DNA of 64,000 nt from Tubiluchus corallicola (Eukaryota > Animalia > Priapulida): contig JAQGDQ010000035.1 of assembly GCA_030141605.1 (NCBI GenBank), forward strand, positions 930,001 to 994,000, given 5' to 3'. The notes beneath the pieces were generated by a model. It did not search any database. It had not been told where the DNA came from and saw nothing but the letters and a program-made list of their open reading frames with translations. The translations under genes and the position numbers were made by a program. This document shows, in pieces, positions 29,501 to 43,300 of the stretch. Numbering within the stretch: position 1 is the stretch's first letter; each line of letters opens with the position of its first letter.

Positions 29501-32500
29501 CTCATTAAGTAAAGAAATAAAATCGATGAGGACTGAATTAAAGAAAATAAAAGGTAATAATACTGGTCTGTCAACTAATATTACAGAATTAAAAACTGAG
29601 ATTATACAACTTAAGGTTGAAACACTAAGCATGCAACCAGACGAAGTCATTGATAAACTGAATGGTATAATAAATGCTCTGGACAAGAAAATGAACAATC
29701 CCAAGCCAACATACAGTGCAATGGTAGGCCTAAGTACTGGTTCAGCAAACAACACAATAGTAAAGAGCAATCATGTAGTCAGCACGAAAATGCCATACGA
29801 TCCTAACCGCACTGTAATAATAGATAACGTTAAAGATCCACACAGAGCTACTAACAGTGCCATTATAAAGAAAAATGTGTGTGAACACTTCCCTCGCACT
29901 AAGTTTGATTCAGCCTTTAGAACTGCGAAAGGCAAGATTCAAATACAGCTTTGCGATACCGAGACAGCAGATACAATAATAAGGAACAGGAAACCCTACC
30001 ATCTCGGGACAAACACTAACGCGAGAAAGCCAGTAAAACAACACCTGGGATTGTTAAGAGACTGCGACACTTCGCTAAGTGATGATGAATTACTGACCGA
30101 TGTTAAATACATGTATCCAAAAGCTGAAATTGAAAGGTTTAAAAGGAAAAGTGGTAAAGTACTTCCTGTAGTAAAGGTTAAGTTTACATCGGAAGTAGAC
30201 ATAGACAATGCTGTGAAAAATGGTATACCAATAGGAAATATGATTTGTGGCGTCGAAGTGTTCAACGCTAAACAAAGTCCTCTACGATGCTATAACTGTC
30301 AGAAATTTCGACATGTATCCCAGTGGTGTGACCAACCTGTTAAATGCGGGAAATGTTAATCGTGAATTTGACGTATGTGGCTTTTCTGAGACTTGGCTAA
30401 CAAATGAAAATTCTATGCTATACGAAATTCCAGGCTATAATCACGTTAGTCAAACTAGAGATACTGGGCAGCGTGGTGGTGGGGTATCTATTTACATAAA
30501 GGACCACCTAGGTTTTGATATTAGAAATGATTTAAATTGCAACGAGCCAATGTGTCAGATAATGTTTGTCGAAATTAAAAGTCCGACTATGAGTCGTAAA
30601 AATGTGCTAGTGGGCATTATATACAGGCCTCCTGGTTATGGTGTAAATATAGAAAATTTTATTGAAAAGCTAAACTGTATTTTAGAAGTAATAAGACATG
30701 AGACATAAGACATGTTTCATTCTAGGAGACTTCAACATGGATTTATTAAAATTTAATGAACATACTCCAACGCATGAATTTTTGGAAACTCTATATTCTT
30801 CTGGGTACTTCCCTTTGATAAACAAACCAACTTATTATCACGAATGACTTTAGCTGTCTTAGTCTAGAGGAAAGTAATAGTGGGAAAGTAATATAAAAAG
30901 TAATATCTTTTTTGACAGGTGTCGTACCTAAAGAACTAAAAATAGCTAAAGGAACACAAATTTATAAAAACCAAGACCGTAACCTATTTGTTAACTACCG
31001 ACCACTTTCAGTTTTGCCAATGCTGTCTAAGATCATTGAGAAGCTAATGTACTGACGCTTGATAAACTTCATAAATAAACATAACGTATTGTATGAATAT
31101 CAATCTGGCTTCCGCGAAAATCGTTCTACTGCTTGTGCACTTTTAACTCCGACGAATAAAATTATTAATGGAATTGAAAATAATGAATATACATTAGGAC
31201 TTTTCATAGATCTTACGAAGGCATTTGACACTGTCGACCACGAAATTTTGCTAGAAAAGTTGACTTTTTATGGGATTAGAGGAAAATGCTACAAATGGCT
31301 TGAAAGTTATTTAACTGATAGAAAACAATTTGTTTACTATAATAACTGCGCTTCTGAAAAACTAGACGTTGTATGTGGTGTCCCACAGGGCTCCATTTTG
31401 GGACCACTATTGTTTTTAATGTACATCAATGATTTAGCAACTGTTTCAAAAAATTATTTACGGTAATATTTGCCAATGACACTAGTTTCATCATATCTGA
31501 TAAAAATGTTTATTCTCTATGTGAAATTGTTAATCAGGAACTAATGTTACTATCGAATTGGTTTAAGGCCAATAAATTAATTTTAAATGTACAGAAGACT
31601 AATTTTATAATTTTTGCTGCAAAAAAGAAACGGTGTCTTAGAGAGAACTGTCAGATTAGATCAGTCATGTTAAAGAAGTTAAATTTTTAGCTATTATTTT
31701 GGATGAGATTTTATCATGGAAAAAACATATCAACCACATTTGCTCAAAACTTAGTAAAGTAATTGGAATTTTCAAAAAATGTTATAAAATTTTAGGTTTA
31801 CCTACTTATAAACAGCTGTATTATACGTTTGCACATCCTTACTTTGATTATTGCAGTATAGTATGGGGTAATACGTATGCAGATACCTTAGAAAGATTAT
31901 TAAAAGTTCAAAAAAACTCATCCGTCTAATGACGGACTCGCATTATAGAGCTCATACCGACAATCTCTTTAAAAATTTGAAAATACTGACAATGCCCAAG
32001 GTAGTCGATATGCAAACTAAACTGTTCATGTACAAATATGTTAATAATCTTTCGCTTAATATGTATCACCATTTTTTCAGTTATAATAGCAGTATGTATT
32101 CATATCAAACGTGGCAATACCACAAATTCCATATTCCTAAGTGCAGAACAAACGTTAAGAAACATTCTGTCATGTATAATGGTGCTGTAATGTGGAATAA
32201 TTTGCCCAGTAAAATAAAACAAGCCACTAATATAAATAAATTTGAGACTTTTAAAAAAATATTTACTAGAAAATATGTAATTTGATAAATGATGTAAGAT
32301 GTAAATTTTTACCATATTTATACAATCTTATTGTACTAATCAAGTTTTAATCTTTTTATCGGCACTTTTAATTTATTTGCACCTACTTGTGTGTTTATAT
32401 TGTACTAACCATATACTATGTATTTTCTACTTTTAGCATTAATTTTACTTTCTGTACATTGTCAATATGTTTTACAATGTTTTTAATGGACATATAGGTC

Positions 32501-35254
32501 TCTTGACTTCAGTTCATAGATGTATTATAAATAAATAAAGTGTAAAGTAAAAGTCGAAATGCTGTAAAATTTCCTATGCATCATGCACCAATTCCAATAG
32601 TACCGTACCAGACTGTGGGAACACTGCCCACAGTCTCATTTACAGACCTGGCTAAGAAATGGGTGGATGCCGTGGGCATCCTGGACAAAAAGGCTGAAAC
32701 TGTTATTGATGATTTATTTAATGAAATAATATGTAGGTACAGAAGTCCAATTAAAATTATTGAGTAATAATGATAAGTCATTTGCAAATGAAATGTCTAA
32801 GTGGCTCACTGATCATTATGGAATTTAGCATATCACCATCACCCCATTTAATCCGCCTGGCAACTCTATTAAGGAACGCCAACATGGAACCTTGATGAGA
32901 CTCTTGAGGAAATTAACAGAAAAGGATCCTCTGAACTGGGTAAGCACATCCCACGAACTTTGGCAGCTTACAGGACGGCCTTGTATAGTGCTACCATTTA
33001 CTCACCATACTATTTATTGTTTGCTCATGCAGCAAGATGAGTAGTAGAGAACCGTCATGCAGAACCAGAGAAATATATGGGAGAAGATTATTTCCAGAAT
33101 TGTTTGCAGACAATGCATCAAGCAAGAGGAGAACAGAACAAGTCCGAGTCAAATGCAAAGAATTATGCAAAAGAAAGGCTAGGACGCGGCACTCTAAAAG
33201 TGGAGATATAGTGTTCTACTATAATCAGGCTATTAAGTGAACTGTCAGAATTAAGAGCGAAGTCAAGGCGCACAGAAAGTGAAGCGGCACCTGGTGAGCA
33301 GTCAGATGTAAGTTCTATGCCTGGGTCGGAAAATGAATACGATGCGCCCCCCCAAATAGAAAAAGTAATAAAAACTTCAGCAGTAGCAAGCACACAGGCA
33401 CCTGAGTCTGCAGATTGGCACAGCGCCTTGTGGCGTTGGTTGCACAAATGAAATGTTTAGCTGTATGGAAAACGAGTATCCTCATTACTATGAACAGGGA
33501 AGACCAAAAGAAGCGTTAAGATAACTTAGTAAAGAAAATTAAATAAGAAACTTAACCGGTATACGAAATTAATATTGTAAAGTGTAATGCCAGTAAGGGA
33601 CTAGTGACATCTAGTGCCCAGTTCCCTGTTTAAAGAAAATATATTTTGGAAAAGCGGTCAAGCGAGGTCAGTGAGTTAGGTGGTCAGCTAGCTTACTTGC
33701 CTTGGGGCAGATGGCGTCATGGAGTGTATTCGACCTCTGGTATGGGACGCTGTGTCATGTTGTAGTCACAAAAGTGAGTTGTTGCAGCTTGATAAATGGT
33801 ATAACATGCTATGAGAGAATTAAGGTTCTTGGTGAAAACATGCTCTATAGAAAAAAATAACTTAATCGTAGCTTAATCAGCAGGAAACAAACTATAAAGG
33901 GGATTATAGTAATATCGAAGCGTGTCTGAGAGAAAAAAAGGAAAATGTATAGGACAATAGCCCTTTTTTGGGAAAAGAATAAAATGCAAAAAATGACTTA
34001 AAGCAGGTGGAAGTGAAAAAGTAACTGCAGGGTGGCTAGATAACCTGGATAAGAATAAGTCGGGTGTTATGTAAATTCAATGTGAAGTTGTATAATTCAG
34101 TAACGTTAGAAGTGAACTCAGTACTTTTTTTTGAGTAAAGAAATTTCTCTGACAACTCAAGTTATAATAGACAAATAAATTAATAAATAAATGTAAATGT
34201 AAACTATGAGATGAATTCTGTATTAATTAGAAGTTTGGCCTATATTGATCTGTACTTCCGAGACAGGTGTGTTTGTGTAAATTGGCAGAAGGTAATTCGA
34301 AGCTCATTAGAAGTGTCCACAAGCAATGACGAGGATGGTACTTGGTCAGTTAGATGATTAACAAGCGTTGCGCTATTGTTCATAATTGAGGGAACTGTTA
34401 TTAGAGCTCGGACATGTGAATTGGGCTGTCACCTGGCCGTCGGCTGATCTAGAATGATGGCTGAAGGTCGGGCTATGGATTTTGGAACAGTGACTCTGTC
34501 CGAGAAACAGTAAAGAGTAACAGAGTGCTCAGAGTGGAGACGCCCGGATGATTGGGGTAACTAAGCGCTCAGAAGTCAGAATGCTCAGATAGCCAGCCAT
34601 GAGGTGTATCGTGTCACATTACCAAGAGGTTTGATAAAGGGAGGTACGGCGAGAGTCCGGGCTTTTGGTCAATGTTGGAAAGGTGACAAGGTGTGAACTT
34701 TCAGTCAAAAACTCTGAAGCTAGGAGCTATCTTTCTGAAGCACAGAACATCCCATGTTAGGAACAGGACTGGGGCCACTTATTGGGACTCGAAGAATGGC
34801 CATCCCAGAGTTGAGTGATTTTACATATCATATTTCTTGCTAATATGAATGCACTTGTTGTACGTTGTTGTTAAAGGAACAGTTGTCACTACATTTATCG
34901 TAGTCTTGATATCGAAATCAGTTCTACAGTTACATTGTTAATGCGAAACTCTCTTGTTCGTTTATTGTCTCATCTTTTTAATGAAGCGTTTACAGTAATT
35001 TTGCAATTGAGAATCAGTTAAAAGTTATTGCAAATCTGTAAGAACTCGAATCTTACACGGAACATTCTCATACTGAAACCGCTTATTGCGGGGCCAAACT
35101 AGTAAATTAGGGAGATAAAAATTTAAACCACAACGCGTATTTCGTGGCTTGAGGTCGCTTTGGTATTTGTCATAGCCATTCCGAGCCAGCCGAAGCTCTC
35201 GTAGTCGGGAAATTATTTTATCAATTAATTGCTTAATTAGCAAGCTGTACTACC

Positions 35255-35290
<36 letters not shown>

Positions 35291-35669
35291 CGCGCGCGCG
35301 TGCGTGCGGGCGGGCGTGCGGGCGGGCGGGCGTGCGTGTGTGAACAGACAAGAATTTTCACATCGCATCTGAAACAAAGCTTGAGAAAAGCGTCTAAATT
35401 CAAAAAGCCAAATTCGGTAGGTCAGCCAGCCGGCCAAATGCAACAGTCGGTGGACAATGGAGACACAAACAAGTCTCCGTCTGAACAAGTGGAGCAGTTT
35501 GCTAGGAAAATCGTAGCGGAACTGTCACTGTTTCGACAACACCGAGGTCCTAGCACGGCGGTGGGCGGTAGTGAATCGAGTCACAAAAGTCATTTCAACA
35601 CCATAAGTTAAACTATAAGTACATTGGGCTGAAATACAAGCATTAAACGGTATATCTAACAGGTTACAA

Positions 35670-35746
<77 letters not shown>

Positions 35747-37313
35747 TATGTATAAAACATCTGCAACGACGGCACATTCTCGGCGATTTACATATCAACA
35801 AAAAGTCTCGTAATGTCGTCACATTGGGGGTTTATTTTTCGAATTGTGCCCCAGCAAAATAAAATCGGGGCGAAAAAAGTAATTAATATTTTTGCTATTT
35901 GATAGGTTAGATGCAAAGCAGCGGCGATACTTATGCATTATTTCTATTTGGTTGTATTCTGTGCGATGCTGTCTACTGGTTTTCACCTTTATACCTACGT
36001 TAAACGTATGGTGCAACAATCCAAAAGAAAAATCTGGTACTTAGTTGGTGCATCATGGGGTAAGTTGTCACGAAATTTGGTAAATGTAAGCCTATTTTTC
36101 AATGCCCACAGTTACTTTATTACGGTGTGCGCTAAAAATGGTACAGGAAAAAATGGCACAGGTAAATACGGCACAAACGGAAACGTAGGTAAAAACGGTA
36201 CATATGTTATTTTGGTGCAGTTGATTTCTATAATAAAACTATAAAGCACTCAGTAGGAAGCAGATCACCTACCAAAGCCGAACAATCCTAAACTTATTCG
36301 TCCGATTCTTTTGATTCAAAGAAATTAATACAAAGATAAACAAGCAAACATACAAAAATGTACATGTATTGGTATTATAGAGACTAGCAAAAGACTCACA
36401 AAATATCTGTTCGTTGAATGGGTTTATAATCGATAACGCACGAATGTTCCACATGGTATTTATCTACCTTTTTCACCATTAATTTTGACGATGGTAATGG
36501 ACTAAGATATACATACTGGACTAAATATACATACTGAGTCACCTTATTGGGCTATACACATTAATAGGCAAGTTATAGAAAGCCCTATACAGTTTTACGA
36601 GCGAGATTTTCTCGAAATGAAACCTGGAACTAACTCGTAGTTGCACATCCTGGTGGAGACAATAAAAAAGAAGTACTAAACACTCCCTCTGAGATCTCCA
36701 TGAAGTGCTTCAGCAACGTTTTCTGTACGTGGTGCTCGATCAAGTTTCGTGAAAAAAGAACCAGTGAAAAGATTCCCACTTTGGCAATCTATACGTACCT
36801 TTCTTCACAAAGTTTCCTGGAAATCTGTTAGACGGTTTTTGCATAATAGGCTTACTGCCAAAAACTACCGTTTTTTATTATAATTATAAATATTTTACTC
36901 CATGTGCAGAATATGTTTGCAGTCGTGAAATTACAATTACATTGACATTATATAACAGCCGTACTGCAAAATAGCATATATTTTACAAAATTTTAAATTT
37001 AACACCAGAAGACTAAGACTTGATAAAAGACTTTAAATTTTAACATTCGCAGTTGTGAACTTTACACTTTGCTTCCCTTGTCGATATATATATATATATA
37101 TATATATAAGCTTGACTTAAATATCATAAACTGTAACAATAACTGATCAAGTTTGAAAATTTAGTTTAAAAGTATGGTTCAAGTAAACAAGAATGTTTAT
37201 TACCTACATTACTATAATCTACTATCCATATATATATATAGATATATATATATATCGATAAATAAATATATATATATTTATATTTATATATTTATTTATT
37301 TACTTATTTACCG

Positions 37314-37363
<50 letters not shown>

Positions 37364-40300
37364 ATAATCGCGAGTCACCGGCAGATTATTCATCAAATTC
37401 CCTCAATACATTGATTCATAAAATACGTTGAAAAACATATAAATATATTTCAGGTTTGCCCGCAATTATTGTCTCAATTTGCTTAGCAGCCACCCAAACA
37501 GAAGGTTATGGAACTAGCGGTAATGTCTGCTGGCTCGCGGCTGATAACTATTTAATACTTGCCTTTGTTATTCCTGTTGGACTAGTAGTTGTGGTAAGTA
37601 TATTACTATAATATTACATTCTACGTTGTATACTGAAAGTAGGCCTTCTCATTAGTTTGGGTGACTGTTTGTTCACTCTAAATATTTATGAAAATTTATC
37701 AAATAAATTTCAGCTAATTTTTCTTATGCATATCTACTGTGTCGTTCTTATTTAGTTTAGTTCATTCCCAAAACGCCATGATCGGAGTACATTGTTACAT
37801 AGCTCACAATATAGGCAATTACTGCAACAAACAAAACAAAATTCGTTTCACAAGATGTTCGAATACCAGCTCAAGCCAAGAAGATGAACGCGTACAAGCC
37901 TAAGCAGAAAGGCAAAATGGAAGGAAAAGATGTATAAAGTACGAAATAAAACAAACCAGGAAAGCGAAATACCAGGGTGATACAGAGGGTAAGGAAATGG
38001 CAGTGAAAAGTGAATATGATGAAAATAAAGATTAGAGTCACATGAGAATGTAAAGGAGAAACAGATCAATCAGCTGAGCGATTGCAAATATTAGTATGGA
38101 GTCATGCCAAAGACAACTTCTTGTCAATTCATGAATGTGGACGTCTTATTTTGTAATAGGTCTATCTACACCATTTCAAGCTCAAAGATGCACAGCAAAA
38201 TATCAAAAGTGCACAGCAAAGAATCAAAAGTACATAGCAAAAACTCAAAACTGCACAGTGAAAAATCAAAACTCCACAGCGAAAAATCAAAAGTGCATAG
38301 CAAAAAATAAAAAGTGCACAACAAAAATCAAGAGTACACAGCAAAAAATCAAAGTACACTGTGAAAAATCAAAAGTGCACAACGAAAAATCAAAAGTGCA
38401 TAGCAAAAAAAACACAGAAAGTTAACTTGTTTATGTCAAATGCGCAGCTCGTCTAATGTTAATAGTACTGTTGGAATCAGTGTGTTTTGCTTGAGGAAGA
38501 CGCAAATAGTGTGCACGAGTAGCAAAACACCCAAAATTCTGCTAGTCAAACTTTTCGTCAGTTAACTTTTGATAAATTTAAAATAATTGTTTCAGAAATT
38601 AATAGAAAACAGCAATTAAGTTGTCCTACCAAAGAAAGTTGTATGTAATCACTCAAAGCCGTTTTGGACTCAAAACTTAAGAACACTCAACCCTCATGTA
38701 CGAAGGTTGAGAAAAATCTATCTAAAGCATTCTAATATTCACAGTAGGAACCGGTATCTTGAAGAAACGAGCAAGTTTGATGAAGAACTTCGCACAGCTT
38801 TGATATCTGGCTTTATAAAAGTGTGTCAACTTCGTAAAAGTAGTGCATTCTGGAGAGAATATAAGAAAATACTTATTGGTACAACAAATTCAAATATCGG
38901 TATGCTAAAAGTGATGGAAATATATATAGTCAAAATATGGACATTTGTGAGGTACTATATAAAAAAATTTAAGTGGAGATCACGTAAACGGTGCGAATTT
39001 TGATTATGTTTGGCAGCAGCAAGTAGAGCGAGAGTTTCTCGCTATGATTAAAAGGCATGGTGCCCCCTACTATAAACCGTAACTTTACAATGGATGAACT
39101 AAACATAGCAATAAAACAAACAATCACGCAGGGTAAAAGCACCGACTGCGATGGCTTTCATCCACTAATGGTTAAACATTTTGACTAAGCATCGCTATAC
39201 CGACCTGTAGAGTGAATTCACTCAAGCATTCACACACACTGCAGTTATAGATTGTTTACCGTCGTCCATTGATTTGTCGTTATAATTTAATAATTACACT
39301 TATAGAAGATCACTATGTAAGTTTATTTATTAATTTCTTGAGTCTTGAATCTTTGTTTGTTAAAGAGATTAGATTAATTAGACAAGAGATTAGATTTTAT
39401 AATTTACGTAAAATGTTGTTAAAGTTAATTAGAACAATTTCATATAAATATCGAAGGGAAATTGTGCAAAATTATATAAATTTATCTGATTTAGTTTTAA
39501 GATTAAATGATACAAGCTGCACATTTATGTTATTGGAGATTTCTTTATAAGAAAGTAGCACAAACTCAAAGTCCATAACATAAGATAAAATGCTTGTGCA
39601 ATATAATTCAGGTGTTCAGTTTTGGTATGTAAAACCTGACCATGTAACAAAAACTTGTCGAGGTGATCTGAATTGGCTCCATAAAAGGACTAAGAGGGTA
39701 CTCAAAAGGGAGACGGTGATTTGAAAAATTAGAGAAATTTCAGAAATTCAGAAAAATGGATCCGATTTGCAGATTTGCGTGATAACCGTATTCAAGTTTA
39801 TATACTATGTTATTTTCGCTATTTATTCTATAAACAAACAACAACGTGGAGCAAACAGGTATTTTCCTCGCTTACATGAGCGACCAATAACCTTTCTCTC
39901 ATGTCGTCACTGATCATTCTCTTTAAAATCTCTCGTTGCAAAATATTTAAAAGAATTTAAATACCATAATAACAAAGTTGTTCGTTTGTTGTTAATTATG
40001 TCCGACGTTACTTAGCTAAACTGGCCTACATTACTTGCAAGTGTCCGACATTACCCCATTTTTTGAAATAACGTAGGAAGTGGCTAGTTATAGCAGTGTA
40101 TAACATTTCGTGCAGCCACCCGCTTTCCCGTTTTCACTGATTCCTTAACAATATAGTTTTAGTTTAACAAACACTATTTCAAGAAAATTTTAAAAATATA
40201 GATAGAAACCTGAAAAAAAGCTAATTTTGGTCGACATTAACCCGTTTTACCCTATATATAGTATAATATACAATACACATATATAAATAAATACGTTTAT

Positions 40301-43300
40301 AATATAATTTAGAAATACGTTTGTATGTATTTATTTATCTTCTGCAGGCAAATATCGGATTTATATGTCTAGTCTTTTGTATGATGTTCAAATCACATGC
40401 TGTAAAGAAGAAGAGCAGAAAAGAGAAGGCAAGGTAAACGAACTCTCAAGCGCTTGAAAATGCCTTTAAGGCTCAAAATTAATCGCTATTTTTCACGAGC
40501 ATCTTTCGTCCCTCACAGACTTCAGCTCTGCACAAAGAAATACAGCATACAACATAGTTTGTATTATATTTAAGTATGTGACGGATGAAGTACTTGGATA
40601 AAATGAAGATTATTTTCAGGACTTTTCAAAATGACTCAAGTGCCATTTGACTTTTTGTTCTTTTAAAACTGCCAAGGCTATTTTTCTGCCTATCTTACGA
40701 AAATAAATTTGTATAATTAACACGTGTAGACGTTCACTGAGCTCTGAAAGCTAGAATAAATGATTTCCTAAACTTACAACATTAAACGTACACACAAGTT
40801 TTCGAACAACAAAAACCAAATGTTGTGGTTTGTTTTTGTCGTTTGTTGGTAAACAAAAACAAATGTATTCGTGCTCTTTGTTTGGCAGCACCTAGTACGG
40901 GAAACAAACTAACTGTTTAAATGATACGTACATTTATACTTAATGTCGGTTCCAGTCTCACACAATAATGTTCTGAGCCACGAGCTTGTGCTGATATACG
41001 ACGTTGGTCGTTGCGAATTGTGTTTTACTCAAACAATTTTATTTCATTGAAATAACAATAGGACGTTGTCGAGTATATGATGGTCGATCTTCCCGTTGGG
41101 TTTTATACTCGTAGTAAACATAACATGACATGGTGTCAGAAGTGGGAGTTTTTACCATTACTGAAAAATTCTAAATCTTACTTACTGCGTGTGCATGATT
41201 ATTGTACTGTATCTGCTGAACTGTGCTATGGCTGATGAAAATCTTGCAACCACATTCGCTTGACATGTCAGGTAATCTCGCTGAAAACTGGCGAAATTCA
41301 ATGATGAATTGGAACTGTACCTTAATGCTGCTGGACTCTAGCTATAGTATACACCAACGGATCTAAGTTTAACGAATGTCTACAAATAGGGAGCAAAAAT
41401 AGTGTGAATGTGAATTTCAAACTCAACGCAGATGCTGATAGCAACATTTTGTCATATTTGTCGCATAAGAAACTCAGCCCTAGGCCACCATTACGAAAAA
41501 GCCCTATAGTGCTTAAGGCTTATGATGGGAATACCATCCCTAGTAAAGGCATATGCTTTACTTCATTATCTCACAAGGATACTTGCATCTAAACTTCTTT
41601 TGAAGTATTTGACAGTGATAAACCATCACTCTGGGAGGTCTTGACTGTGAAAGGCTGGATCTCATTAAGCGTGTAGATGCAGTATTGAATACTGGATTAA
41701 TTCCATGGTAGTCACTGGATAGAAGTGTACAGGTGAGTTCAGCCTCTGCATTGAACCACAAGATCTAAACAAGGTGATCAACATTTCCAAATACCTACCA
41801 ATGAAGAAATCCTTTGTAAACTGACGGGTGCTAAGTACTTCACCAAGCTTGAGGCCACTGCAAATTAAACTTGATGAAAAATTTTCTTTCATGGCCACAT
41901 ATTTAATATTCCATTTGGCAGGTACCAGCTATTTGAGACTGCCTATGGGAATTTGTGCCAGAAGTATTCCAGAAAACACTAGAACAGTATCTTTGAAGCT
42001 ACGAAGGAGTAGCTGTATACTATGATGACATTATCATAGCTGGTTGTACCATGACTGAGCACGATGAACGACTGCACAAAGTTTTACAGAGATATGTGTA
42101 GATAGGTGTGTATCTTAATTTAGACAAATGTTTATTTCGTCAGACAGAACTTCCATACTTGGGAGAAGTCGTGACTCAAAATGGAGTAAACCATGTCCTG
42201 AGAATAATCAAAGTTATACAGAATATGCTATTACTGCAGAATAAGAATGAACTACAGAGAGTCCTTGGTATGGCTACATACTTGGCTCGAATTATTCCAA
42301 ATTTTCCTGCTAAAATAGCAGCACTTCGTTCATTGTTGGCTAAAACAACCGATTGGTAATGGCTGCCAGAGCACGACAAAGCTTGGTAAGATATCAAGTG
42401 CATCTTACCTACTGAACCTGTGCTAAGGTACTACGATGAGTCTAAACCACTCAAAATATCCAGCGTTGCTTCCAAGAATGGATTAGGAGCTGCATTGCTT
42501 CACGAAAAGCGAGGAGAATGGATGCCAGTTGCTTATGCATCAAGATTCATGACATCAGCTGAAGTTAGTTATGCCCAAATCGAAAAAGAGCTCCTCGGAG
42601 TTGTTTTTGCATGTGGGCGTTTTTTGACACTCATGTCTATGGCAGGAAAATAACGGTAGAGATAGAGACTGATCATAAACCATTGCCCTCTATTGCTAAA
42701 AATCATTGTGTAATTGTGCCTATGGAAATTTGTGTGGGAAGTATTCCAGAAAACACTAGAACAGTACTGTATCTTGGAAGCTACGAAGGAGTAGCTGTGT
42801 ACTATGATGACATCATAGCTGGTTGTACCATGACTGAACACGATGAACGAGTGCACATTATATTTAGACTTAAGAGTCTTTTACTGAGAATTTAAAACTA
42901 CGAATATACACTTGAATACTCTCCTGGAAAGCATCTGGTGATTGCTGATGCCTTGTCTCGTGAATAGCACAAGTTCTACAGAAGGAGGTGTGGAAGTTCA
43001 CGTGTGCTTTACTGAAGCCAATCTCCCAGTGAGTCAACAAAAGTGGCTTGAAATAGCTGACAATAATGCTCATTACAACATAATTACCAAAGTTATAGCT
43101 ACTATTAAAGATGATTGATTACTAATCGCATTATCCAGAAATAGCATTGTTATTCAGTGAGTCTAGCAAGCAAGTCATCAGTCCACTCAAATCTCTATTT
43201 TCAAGATTTGAAATTCCGATTACAGTTGTTTCTGATGCAGGTCCACAATTATCTAGTGCAGGTTACAGGCAGTTTGCTAGTGAGTGGAGGTTCGATCACA

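Larger units (their letters stand above)
26150..34830 (+). mobile_element. Decayed Gypsy LTR retrotransposon split by a LINE
   Basis: RT start [30 protein letters not shown] (27290-27490); [27 protein letters not shown] (27640-27760); integrase [12 protein letters not shown] (32576), [15 protein letters not shown] (32840-32900). Boundaries approximate, LTRs not resolved. Confidence 0.8.

Noticed and set aside
23504-35670. Polinton/Maverick or other giant TIR transposon
   Set aside because: No polB, ATPase, capsid or transposase remnants seen between the arms, no TSD, and the interior is largely explained by Gypsy and LINE sequence.
36060-36244. KNGTG-repeat extension of ORF 35933..36244 as part of the receptor
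   Set aside because: Lies beyond a canonical GTAAGT donor and derives from 15-bp transposon subterminal repeats.
38104-38425. Repetitive ORFs and 21-bp periodic array (CRISPR-like or repeat protein?)
   Set aside because: Contiguous degenerate minisatellite without unique spacers, in a eukaryotic intron.
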